This document shows, piece after piece, positions 7,748 to 17,600 of a stretch of 56,676 nucleotides of DNA (position 1 is the stretch's first letter; the number at the start of each line of letters is the position of its first letter). A program made the position numbers and the translations under genes. The stretch covers positions 1 through 56,676 of IMG/VR virus record IMGVR_UViG_3300031760_000087. One strand, given 5' to 3'. The notes below the pieces were generated by a model. The model ran no database searches. It was given only the letters and a program-made list of their open reading frames with translations, and was not told the origin of the DNA. The stretch is from a virus.

Positions 7748-8613
7748 TATTTATGAAATTTATTAACCTTTTTGGAGTTGGTACAGTTGATTATGCTGAT
7801 GAGGGATTCGACAAGCCAGTAAGGTTCAGTAGTGAAACCCTCAAATATCTAGCCGAAAATTTAGGCGAAACCAAACTCACAAGAGAACATACAGATGAGA
7901 ATATTGGATCATACAATAATTTCCGATTCAAAGATGATTTCCTCCAAGTCGAAGTACCTGATGATTTCGAGGGTGGATTATCACCAGTATTCCAAGCAGA
8001 TTGGAATCTTGTTGGAGATTACTATGAACCAGTACAAGATAGTTTACGAATGACCAGTATCGGATTGACAAATAATCCGAGGACTGGAATAATCTACAAC
8101 AGTAATAAGGGAGATGATACTGTGGATGATAATAAATTCAATGACTTGTTAACTAGGAAAGATGAGAGAATCACCGAGCAACAAGAAGAGATAGCAATAC
8201 TGCGAAAACAGTATGAAGACTTACAAGATAAATTTAACGATTCCAGTAAGGAATCCAAGGAGTTACAAGCAAAGATAAAAGAATTAACAAACTTGGAAAC
8301 CGAACTGGAATCTTACAAAGCCGATGCCGAAAAGTACAGAGTACAAGAAGCTGAAGCGAGGGCTGAACTCATCACACAAATTGCAGGTGATGATGAAAAA
8401 GCCAAAGAAATCTTCAAAGACACTAGTGTTGAGGATTTGAAGTATATGCTTGAGCAGAAAACAGTAACCGAGCCTCCGAAAGGTGCGACTACTAATAATG
8501 CTCAAGGGAATGTGCAAGATGGTTCTGAACCACCTGCAAGTAAAGTGAATGAGGATGATAAATACACTTATGAGGCTTTCAAAGAGTGGGAAGACTCATT
8601 AGATGAATGGTAG
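7744..8613 (+). CDS. scaffolding protein candidate
   Basis: Long charged coiled-coil centre (QQEEIAILRKQYEDLQDKF...). Located upstream of the capsid gene. Confidence 0.5.
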   Translation: MIFMKFINLFGVGTVDYADEGFDKPVRFSSETLKYLAENLGETKLTREHTDENIGSYNNFRFKDDFLQVEVPDDFEGGLSPVFQADWNLVGDYYEPVQDSLRMTSIGLTNNPRTGIIYNSNKGDDTVDDNKFNDLLTRKDERITEQQEEIAILRKQYEDLQDKFNDSSKESKELQAKIKELTNLETELESYKADAEKYRVQEAEARAELITQIAGDDEKAKEIFKDTSVEDLKYMLEQKTVTEPPKGATTNNAQGNVQDGSEPPASKVNEDDKYTYEAFKEWEDSLDEW

Positions 8614-8657
8614 TCCTCAAATGAAAAACAACTAATATATATTATGGAGAATAGAGA

Positions 8658-9197
8658 ATGACCGAAAATACATTAGGAACTTTCTATGACAAAGAACAAG
8701 GTAAAACCTACGAAGTCAACGAGGGTAATGTAACTGTCGCAGAGGGCTACAGTACTTTAAATGCAAGTAAGCAGAAATTCATTTCCTTTGCAAAGCCAGT
8801 AGGTGCAGAGAACTTTTTAGAATTTGATTTTAGCGATGATTTGCTTGTCAAGGGTGCAACCACCAAAGCAACTCATATCACAATGTACGAACCTGAATTC
8901 CCATATGGTAAACTCCCACAAGAGAACATTACTGATGGAAGTTACAGAAGATTCGTAACTGCATTCGAGTTAAAAGTAGGAGAAGTACAATTACCACTTT
9001 CCGATACTAACTCTGCAATCACAAAAGGTAATGGATTAAAGATTACTGATTACCATACTGGATTGGACAAGCATACTGATGACTCCGAAATCGTAGCACT
9101 TGAATCCAAACCTGCAAATAGTGGTGGATACATCATCGCATACCTCAAAGTACCATACTTGACTGTTGGAGGCTCTTCAAAACCATCAGGATCATAA
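8658..9197 (+). CDS. head-module protein of unknown role (179 aa)
   Basis: ORF with GGAGAA ribosome site, located between the scaffold and capsid candidates. Confidence 0.6.
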   Translation: MTENTLGTFYDKEQGKTYEVNEGNVTVAEGYSTLNASKQKFISFAKPVGAENFLEFDFSDDLLVKGATTKATHITMYEPEFPYGKLPQENITDGSYRRFVTAFELKVGEVQLPLSDTNSAITKGNGLKITDYHTGLDKHTDDSEIVALESKPANSGGYIIAYLKVPYLTVGGSSKPSGS

Positions 9198-9262
9198 AAT
9201 CCTTTACAAAAAACTTTAATTTTTACAACTAACACACAATTAACGAATGGAGAATCACAATA

Positions 9263-10222
9263 ATGGCTAACGAGAACCAATTACAAAAAGTGGATGGAGC
9301 ATACCATAGTGGATACTATACTGCTAAAATCAGAAAAGATGTAGCAAAAGAATTCAAAATGGCAGGACTCTTCCCAACCCAAAAAGTAGATGATAAGAAC
9401 ATCACAGTAACTGATGTAAATACTTACGATGAGATTGAAGAACAAGTAAAAGGCAGAAAGAAAAAACTGGAAGCCAAAGGAACTAGTCTTCGTAAAATAA
9501 GAGCAAGAGTAGTCACCCCAGAGGGTTTCAGACTGGAACAATATGGTATCGAAATGGATATTGAACAAAGAGATTTACTTGAACAAAGAATATCCATTAC
9601 TGATGTTATGAAACCAGTAACCAAATACCTTGCACAAGAAATCGACAACAATGTCTACCAATCAGCAGTTTCCTATGCTACTGATGAATCCACCAATTAT
9701 GGATTAACCAACAACTGGACTAATTCTGAAATCGAGGACATCCTCCACGATATCATCACCATCAAGAACAAGAAACTGGAAGAGGGTTACGATATCAACC
9801 ATATAATGTTGGGTATGGATGCAAAGACCAAACTTGACATCTTAAGTGCATCTAAAGATATTGCAACCTCTAAATACATCTTCGGACACAACAACTTCGA
9901 GTTAGACAACACTATCACCCTGAATGATATGGTATTTTCTTGGGGTGGTAAAACTATGGATGGTAAGGAGTTATTGGCATTCTGTACTGATGCACCTGCT
10001 CTTGAAATCTTCTACCTTGACTTCTTCAACCCTAATGTGCAAAGAGTACCAAGTATTGGTCAGTATGAAAAATATGCACCATTAATCAATGTCTTGAAGT
10101 ATGATAATGCTAAAGAAGAACACGAACCTATCATCAAGATGAAATTCGCTACTGCAGTAGGTACTTACCCATTAGAAAAAGGTAAGAGAATGCTTAAAGT
10201 ACCTAATGTAATGGGTAACTAA
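9263..10222 (+). CDS. major capsid protein candidate
   Basis: 319 aa, in the position after MuF and scaffold, with a strong ribosome site (GGAGAA). Assignment is by synteny only. Confidence 0.55.
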   Translation: MANENQLQKVDGAYHSGYYTAKIRKDVAKEFKMAGLFPTQKVDDKNITVTDVNTYDEIEEQVKGRKKKLEAKGTSLRKIRARVVTPEGFRLEQYGIEMDIEQRDLLEQRISITDVMKPVTKYLAQEIDNNVYQSAVSYATDESTNYGLTNNWTNSEIEDILHDIITIKNKKLEEGYDINHIMLGMDAKTKLDILSASKDIATSKYIFGHNNFELDNTITLNDMVFSWGGKTMDGKELLAFCTDAPALEIFYLDFFNPNVQRVPSIGQYEKYAPLINVLKYDNAKEEHEPIIKMKFATAVGTYPLEKGKRMLKVPNVMGN

Positions 10223-10252
10223 ACCTGATAATACTTTTTAAGGAGATATTCA

Positions 10253-11248
10253 ATGGAAAACAAGATGGAAGACTACTACAAAGTAATGCAATATCTCCGA
10301 GAAATGTTCGTAGACAGACAATACCCTTACGAGTTTGAAGATGAAGAACTACTAGGTTCTGACTCTTCAATATCTCTTGTTGATTCCGAGTATGGTGACT
10401 TCGAGAAAAGCCTACAATTGGAAAGTATCAAGAGTGGTGATGTACTCCGAATGACATTACCTAAACCAAGAGATTTTACTGACTGCACAAGCTTTGAAGT
10501 CAGTTTCTATTGTAGTGAGGAGTTTGATCCACAGAACCTTGTTGTTGGTTTCAGTAATAAGAAGAAAGGCTACATTAATCAGGTCGAGCTTGATAGTGGT
10601 AATATTGTTGAGGCTGAAACCTACTTGAACAAGGGTGGTCATTACCTCATCAAATACAACCTAAAGGATACTAATACCAAGATGGCTAAAAAGGATAGAA
10701 GATTATCACATACAGAGTCAATTAGTTTGATATTTGGGCAGGAAGTTAATGAGTTAATCCTTTATGATGCAGTTTTAAGGACTGCTAATAATCATATTAC
10801 CCTTGAGGACTTGGATGAAACTATAGTGATGGGTACATATTATATTCAGAACCAGTTATTGTTGGAGGATGCAGAGGATATTCCATTACCATTGCAACAT
10901 TTGAATTATAAGTCTGCAGGTGCTTACACTTGGTTGATATGGTGGGAGAACGAGAGCAAAGTACAAGATGATGGTACTAAAGAGGGCAGAAACTATGCCA
11001 CACGATTGTTCGACCAAATCGACCTCTTCCTACAAAAATGGTTAGAAGCCCACCCAACTGGAAATACTGATCCTAACCTGAAGCTCTTGGGATTCACTAC
11101 ATATCAGGACTTCCCAATAAAACGAAGAATCCACGAAATAGGAAACAACCAAATCTATGTCTATGACCCTGAAGACCTACGAAACTACAATACAATGAGA
11201 TTAGTCATCAGTAACCGACTTGACTTATTAGGTGCAAAAGGAGGATAA
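10253..11248 (+). CDS. head-completion / connector-region protein (331 aa), function unknown
   Basis: Position between the capsid and tail genes. AGGAG lies upstream. Confidence 0.55.
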   Translation: MENKMEDYYKVMQYLREMFVDRQYPYEFEDEELLGSDSSISLVDSEYGDFEKSLQLESIKSGDVLRMTLPKPRDFTDCTSFEVSFYCSEEFDPQNLVVGFSNKKKGYINQVELDSGNIVEAETYLNKGGHYLIKYNLKDTNTKMAKKDRRLSHTESISLIFGQEVNELILYDAVLRTANNHITLEDLDETIVMGTYYIQNQLLLEDAEDIPLPLQHLNYKSAGAYTWLIWWENESKVQDDGTKEGRNYATRLFDQIDLFLQKWLEAHPTGNTDPNLKLLGFTTYQDFPIKRRIHEIGNNQIYVYDPEDLRNYNTMRLVISNRLDLLGAKGG

Positions 11249-11254
11249 AAACTT

Positions 11255-11722
11255 ATGAGTGTCTTAAAAGAAATACTGGAAAACCTTGCTGAATATATGG
11301 CAAACCATCCTGAATTCAAAGACTACTCCGACCTAGAATTCTACTTCCACGAGGCAGAAATGAATGGGAATACTGAAGTGCCTTGCATCTGTTTCCAAGT
11401 AGGTTACAATGATGATAATAGTGAAAAGAAGACAATTAATCGTGATTGTCGAGAATTCTTCAGAGGAATGAAGATAGAGTTGCATACACGAACCATTGAC
11501 CATTCAACCTTGCAAGATGAGTTATGGAACTTTGAGGAAACCTTATTCAAGGTATTCAGTAATATAGCATTCGAGAATATCCATCCAAACTTGCACGATG
11601 TCAAATATGTAGGCACAAACCCAATAGCCCACATATACTGGCAACCATTCAAGGATGAAAAAGAAGAAGAATGGTTCAGCAACTGCATAACAATACTCTA
11701 CGAACTAGACTACACAATATAG
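11255..11722 (+). CDS. head-tail joining region protein (155 aa), function unknown
   Basis: Synteny only. Confidence 0.55.
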   Translation: MSVLKEILENLAEYMANHPEFKDYSDLEFYFHEAEMNGNTEVPCICFQVGYNDDNSEKKTINRDCREFFRGMKIELHTRTIDHSTLQDELWNFEETLFKVFSNIAFENIHPNLHDVKYVGTNPIAHIYWQPFKDEKEEEWFSNCITILYELDYTI

Positions 11723-11726
11723 CGAG

Positions 11727-11936
11727 ATGATAATTATGAAAATGGAATACATAGGGGCATCCCACAAAAACATCCTAGAGCTTATCGCACTAGGAGTAAC
11801 CAACGAACCCCTGATTAATGGAAAAGTATATGATATTCCATCTAACCAAACTGCTCTTATCGAAACCTTGATAAAGAGTGAGTTTTTCAAACCAGTAAGC
11901 AAGAAACAACATAAGAAAAAAGATAAAGAGGAATAA
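11727..11936 (+). CDS. small hypothetical protein (69 aa)
   Basis: ORF track, tightly packed with its neighbours. Confidence 0.5.
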   Translation: MIIMKMEYIGASHKNILELIALGVTNEPLINGKVYDIPSNQTALIETLIKSEFFKPVSKKQHKKKDKEE

Positions 11937-11940
11937 TATT

Positions 11941-13089
11941 ATGGTAAAATCATACTCAAAAACTTATCACAGATGGAATGTAGCCCTCAAACCAACCGAT
12001 GCGACCTATCCTGCCAGTATGGGTGGAAAAACTGCAAGAGGAACTGATTTTGAGGGTGAGCCTGATATGGACACAACCGATTGGGAGGGTCATACTGGTA
12101 CAAAAACCATCAAACTTGGATCAGACAGAACCTCTGTAACATCCGAGCCTGAATTCGAGCAGAAGCTTGTGTTTGGTGAATGTGCCGAGGAATATTTCTT
12201 TATGTTACTTGGTAATGTTGATAATAATGGAACATTATCCAATACTCCTACACCAACAACTCTTGTGCAACCTGCCGAGGGTACAGTTGGTATCTATGAA
12301 TGGAACTTCGCACAGAACCTTACTAATCCTACTCCTATCCCAAAATCCACCATTGTCAACACTTACAATGTAGCGATTAATGGAACACCTATAAATGACA
12401 GTATAATCTACGATAACTGTACCATATCAGAGTTGGAATTGAATATTGATGATGATGGAGTAACCATCCACCCTACTTGGAGAAGTGATGCACCTATTAT
12501 CAATCAGCCAAATCCAGTAACCAGTTTCGGTGAACACATATCCAAGATTGGAACTGGTAGTGTTGAATTCTATATGGCAGATTTCGGAACAAACCTGAAT
12601 GAGAAAACTAATGAACAGTTAGCCCTCTACAAATACGATTGTCTTGTAAGTGCAAGTAACACTTTCAACACCAACCTTGATGATTTCACTTGTCTTGGTA
12701 GTGAATTCGGAGCAAATGCCTCCGATGAGGGTAACTTCGAGATGGATGGAGAAGCCGAAATCATATGGAACGAGAAATCACAACACTTGATTGACAAATG
12801 GTATACTGGCGAAGCCAATGGAACACACATCACCCAAGAATCCCAATACCAAGAAGTCCTCATCAGACTCAATGGAAAAACATTGAATGATGACTACACA
12901 GAACTCTTCGAGATGTACTTCCCAAAAGTCGAACTGATGAAAGCTTGGTCAGACCTTTCAGGTGATGACACCAAAACAATCAATGTCGAATACAACCTTG
13001 CCTATAATGGAAGTGTATCCCCAGTAAAAGTCAAATTCATTAGCAATACTGATGAACTGACTTATGGAGTAGCAACACAACCATCATAA
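11941..13089 (+). CDS. major tail (tube) protein candidate
   Basis: 382 aa. It is the last large gene before the chaperone pair and the tape measure, and is followed by a strong hairpin terminator/attenuator. Confidence 0.5.
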   Translation: MVKSYSKTYHRWNVALKPTDATYPASMGGKTARGTDFEGEPDMDTTDWEGHTGTKTIKLGSDRTSVTSEPEFEQKLVFGECAEEYFFMLLGNVDNNGTLSNTPTPTTLVQPAEGTVGIYEWNFAQNLTNPTPIPKSTIVNTYNVAINGTPINDSIIYDNCTISELELNIDDDGVTIHPTWRSDAPIINQPNPVTSFGEHISKIGTGSVEFYMADFGTNLNEKTNEQLALYKYDCLVSASNTFNTNLDDFTCLGSEFGANASDEGNFEMDGEAEIIWNEKSQHLIDKWYTGEANGTHITQESQYQEVLIRLNGKTLNDDYTELFEMYFPKVELMKAWSDLSGDDTKTINVEYNLAYNGSVSPVKVKFISNTDELTYGVATQPS

Positions 13090-13120
13090 GAGCCTTTGTA
13101 ATCGCTCAATTTCAACCATT

Positions 13121-13150
13121 ATAACCCTAAATCCTTTTTATTAGGGTTAT
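13121..13150 (+). terminator. Perfect 10-bp stem hairpin (ATAACCCTAA / TTAGGGTTAT) followed by T-rich sequence
   Basis: Read directly. Located 30 nt after the stop of the tail tube candidate. Confidence 0.55.
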
Positions 13151-13236
13151 TCCTTTACTATTTTTCTAACCCTTATTAACCTTTCCCCCTATATGTAAAC
13201 ACAACTAATTTTATTAAAAAGTGGAGATGATAAAGT

Positions 13237-13830
13237 ATGAAATTCACAAAAACAACAGTAGAGATTTGTGGAAAAGACTTCAAATATGCAAGATGCACCA
13301 ACAAACAATTGCTTGAACATCAAAAAGCTATCGAACATAAAACTAAAAAATTTGAAGAGTTATCCGAGATTGCTAACAAATACTCAAGAGATGTTGAGGC
13401 AATTGACAATGAGATAAAAGCAAATGCAATGTATATGGAAACCATTAATCGTAAACAAGATCCATCCGATAAGGAACTGGATAGTGTGGCTGAATTAAGC
13501 CTTAAACAAATAGACCTCTTCAATAAAAGAAGAGATATTATTGAAAAATCAGAGGCATTGGACAAGGAACACGAGAAAGAAATCAAACAATTAACTGATT
13601 ACATTAACGAGGAATATGGGGAACTTGCCGAGTTACAATTCGAGGGGATGACTAAAGAGTATTATATGGAAAACAGCACAAGCTTCGACAATGAAATAAT
13701 CAGATTACTTGCTAGTATCAGGCAGATGGCAGAGGCAGGAACATCTTCTAAATCAATTGAAAGATTCGTTCGTAAGAATGCCGAGGCTAATGCAAAGAAT
13801 AGGCTTGATAATTCCTTTCAGAGAGAGTAA
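13237..13830 (+). CDS. tail assembly chaperone candidate (short form)
   Basis: Coiled-coil protein between the tail tube and tape measure genes. It overlaps a downstream ORF that has no start codon of its own. Confidence 0.55.
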   Translation: MKFTKTTVEICGKDFKYARCTNKQLLEHQKAIEHKTKKFEELSEIANKYSRDVEAIDNEIKANAMYMETINRKQDPSDKELDSVAELSLKQIDLFNKRRDIIEKSEALDKEHEKEIKQLTDYINEEYGELAELQFEGMTKEYYMENSTSFDNEIIRLLASIRQMAEAGTSSKSIERFVRKNAEANAKNRLDNSFQRE

Positions 13831-14152
13831 GGATATTGAAGAGGAAGAGGAGGATGATGGTTTTCTCCATTACCCAAGTGATACACTTGAAGAGATATTA
13901 TTGAACAAGTATTTCCTACTAGTCAAAAGAGTAGAGGGAATCGGACTATCACTCAACGATTTTTGGGAAATGGACACAAAACAATTCAACCTACTCTACA
14001 ACAACGAACTAGAAATAATCCAAGCAGAACAAAAAGAGATAGAAAAACACGAACTAGCAAACAGAAGTAAATCAACTAAAGGAAAAATGGTAACCACAAA
14101 GGGAACAGACAACCCTGAAATGAGCGATGCATACGAAAGTCTAATGAAGTGA
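13709..14152 (+). CDS. frameshift extension of the tail chaperone (frame +1 relative to 13237-13830)
   Basis: After the upstream stop (13828-13830) this frame has no Met until WEMD. It overlaps the upstream ORF by 122 nt, the canonical G/GT-like arrangement. Confidence 0.45.
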   Translation: MLVSGRWQRQEHLLNQLKDSFVRMPRLMQRIGLIIPFRESKDIEEEEEDDGFLHYPSDTLEEILLNKYFLLVKRVEGIGLSLNDFWEMDTKQFNLLYNNELEIIQAEQKEIEKHELANRSKSTKGKMVTTKGTDNPEMSDAYESLMK

Positions 14153-14158
14153 TACAAA

Positions 14159-14608
14159 ATGAAAGCAAAATTCACATTAGACCCAACAGAATTAAAAACA
14201 ATACTAAACGAGTATGCAATGGGAGTAGAAGAAAGAGCAGAAGCCAATATCAAATATATAATGACTGATCCAGTAGCAGAAATAAGTGAACCACTAGCCC
14301 CAAAATGGAAAGGAGGATTCAGAGAGGAAATATTAGATTATGACATCTTAAATGATGTTCAATCCACAGGAACTGGATTTATGACAACCCTCATAATCGA
14401 CCCTGAACAAGATGAGGATGACAGCAAAATGTTAGACTGGCATTACTACCAAGTTACTGGAATACAAATAGATACCAAAGGACAATATGGTAAACACGCT
14501 TACTACAACAGTTTTACTGGAAAACACGATTTCTTTGCAGTAAGCTTACCCAAGGCAATGCCTTTTATTCGTAAAAGAATGCAAACACACTTGATAAGGA
14601 GAGGATAG
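14159..14608 (+). CDS. hypothetical tail-module protein (149 aa)
   Basis: ORF track. Lies between the chaperone pair and the tape measure. Confidence 0.55.
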   Translation: MKAKFTLDPTELKTILNEYAMGVEERAEANIKYIMTDPVAEISEPLAPKWKGGFREEILDYDILNDVQSTGTGFMTTLIIDPEQDEDDSKMLDWHYYQVTGIQIDTKGQYGKHAYYNSFTGKHDFFAVSLPKAMPFIRKRMQTHLIRRG

Positions 14609-14611
14609 GAT

Positions 14612-17600
14612 ATGCCAGTAGAAGTAGTTGGTGGAGTAGAAGCGAAACTATCATTAGATATTTCACAATTCACATCTGCGATAACAACTGCAACAGAACA
14701 AGCAGAAAAATTATCAAGTGGACTGGCAAATGTCAAACCAAACAACACACTTGACAGTAACATCACCAAAACAGAGGAACTGATAACTAATCTGCAACAA
14801 ACAATAGAGGGATTAGCATCCACAGTAAAATCCTCATTCACAAACATCGACTCTACATTAACCAACCATTTCAACAAACCACTTATAGAAGCCAAAAAAA
14901 GAGCAGAGGAAATGACTGCCAGTATAACACAATTCCGAACGAATTATATGGAAACCTTTGAACAAGGCAGAATAAGTTTGGAACAGTTAGTCAATGGTTT
15001 CAATGAATTGAATATTTCCGAGGAGGAAAGCATTAAACTGACAAAGGAACTGGAAGCCAGTATAACAAATGCCTTTGCAAATAGCACAATGTCTGCTATG
15101 GAATATGTTTATGCCTTAAAAGAGATAGGTGTAGCCACCTCTAAAAACAGTTACAGAGAGGCACTTCAACAATATAGGGGAATGCCGACAAATGCCAGTT
15201 TCGTAAAACAAATTAAGGAATATGCCACCTCCCTCAAAGAGGGTGAAGTGTCAGCACAAGAATTCGCTGTTAAACTTAAAGAACTTGGCATAACCTCTAG
15301 GGAATTAGCAACTATCTCTAGGGAAGTTGGTGGAGCATATGTTGAATCCTTTAAAAGGGGTGAGATGAGTGTTAGCGAACTGCTTATGAAGTTCAAGGAA
15401 TTAACATTTACTGAATCAGAGCTTTATGTTTACAATCAAAGGATGGCAGTTTCATTCGTACAAGCATTCCGAAATGGTGCAATGTCTTTAGAAGAATTAG
15501 TAAGTAGTTTCAAACAATTAGATACAAGTGCAAAACAAACAGAGGAACTTACTAAATTATTAGAAAAAACACTCACAATGGCTTTTAAGAATGGGAAATT
15601 AGAAGCCGAGAATTATATCAGATCCTTGCAAGAGGTTGGTGTTGCTACCGAGGAAGTGGCTCTTAAGACTAAAGGATTAGGATCTACTGGTTCTTTATTG
15701 GGTGCAGGTAGTTTGTCTAATAGTAAGAATAAGGGTACTGGTGCAGGTTTCGGTGGTGTTATTGACAGAACTGCTAATCTTGTTAAGATGATGGCTATGC
15801 TTGAAGCCTTTATGGGTACTTGGGAGGCTACCGAGTCTTATATGGAGTCTAGTAGTGCTATCAGAGGTTTCTATGACTTGCTCTCAAAGAGAAATGATGC
15901 TACAAAATGGAATGCTAAAAACTTGGCAGAGTACAATCAAAGATTATCCGACTTGCAAGGCACTTACAGTAAGTTAAATGTCAGGGAAACTGGTGCAGAA
16001 GTAATGAAGATTGGGCAAATGTATGGTTTAACTGCCAAGGAAATGTACTCCAATACCAAGGACTTGAAAAAGGGTCAGAAAGACTTTGTTGAAACAGCCT
16101 TGATATTTACTGATGCTATGGCTAATGAGGGCAGAAGTGCAAGAGATTCCAGTTTAGCCCTTAAGGATTTAATCGACCAAGGTGCAGGATGGTCTAGAAG
16201 AACACAAGAAGTAGGTATCACCGAAGATGTACTGAAAGCACAAAAAGACAAGAATGGGAAAGCCTACTGGAGTGGTGACAAACAAGATAAAAAAGGACTT
16301 ATCGAGGCACTTGGTAGTGCAGAAACACAACTTCACCTTGATGAAAGAGCAAAACAAATCAACACCATAGAAGATGGTGTACAAGCACTCTACAATAGTC
16401 TAGGAGCATTACTAGGAGGATTACTAGACCTAGCAAGTCCAAGCCTTATTCAAATATTCAAACAATTAAGTGGAATATTCTTTGAACTGAATGGATACCT
16501 TGTCCAATTTAGTGGTTGGTTCAACAGTTTGAAAGACACTAGTCCTTGGTTATACAATGCAGGAGTTTGGCTAGGTGAAATTGCAATTGCTAGTGGTGTT
16601 GGTTTTTTAGCATTAAAGCGTTTTGGTGGAGCGATAGGTGGTCTTGGAGGCAAGATTGCAGGATTGTTCAAGAAAGTGCCTAGTGGTGGATTGCTTGGCA
16701 GACTCTTTGGTAGTGGCAGTAAGGGTACTGGTGGTATTGCAGAGGGTACTGGTGGTGTTGTTAGTGAAACTGGTGGTGCTACTAGGACTCTTAAATCTAC
16801 ATTGACTAATATTAAGAGTAATCTTCTTCTTGAGGCAGAGGTTTTTGTTAGTTTAGTTGCAGGTATTAGTATGGCACTTGCAACCTTATGGATTGCTAGT
16901 GAGGAACTGGCTCTTCTTGGTCAACGATACGAGCAGATTAAGACTAATGTTAACAAAGGTATGACTGCTCTTCGAGATTACGAGAAACTGATTGAGGATA
17001 TCTATCCGATGTTGATTGGTTTTATAGCTGTTTCAGGTATTCTTGGAGCAGTTGCTTATACAACAGAGGGTTTAGGTCTTGTAGCGATTGGTGGAGGATT
17101 ACTGGCTTTAGTTGGTTTTATCAATGTTACTGTGGCTTCTTTGCAGACTGTTGGTGATAGGTTGGCAGAGCTTGGTGACCATATTGGTGGTCAGAAAGCC
17201 AACTTTGACAAGGGATGCAAGGCACTTAAGGAGATTGGTGAGATGATGGGTGTTCTTGCTATTGCAGTTGGTGAGATGGCAAAAGCCGACTGGAATGCCT
17301 TATCCGATAATATTGCAAGTGCATTGGCTAAACTGACTGGTGGAGATGCATTGCAGGATGTACTGAAACTGGCAGATAAATTCAATGGAAATGACAGTAA
17401 CAGTTTCATCAGCCAATTCAATGCCAAGACAAAGAATATTGGAAAATTGAACACCGAGTCTGCGAAGAAATTCTCTGAAGTGGTTAAGAGTGTTGGGGAG
17501 ATATTCAAGGGAATTAATGAATTGAATAAAGCTCTCAAGGAAGAGCCACAGAATCCATCACAGTTATTGGATCAGAGAGGTAGTCATCTTGGTGAAATCA

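Noticed and set aside
13709-14152. Treating the Met at 13709 as an independent start of a separate gene
   Set aside because: That would need a 122-nt out-of-frame overlap with no ribosome site. The arrangement matches a frameshift extension much better.
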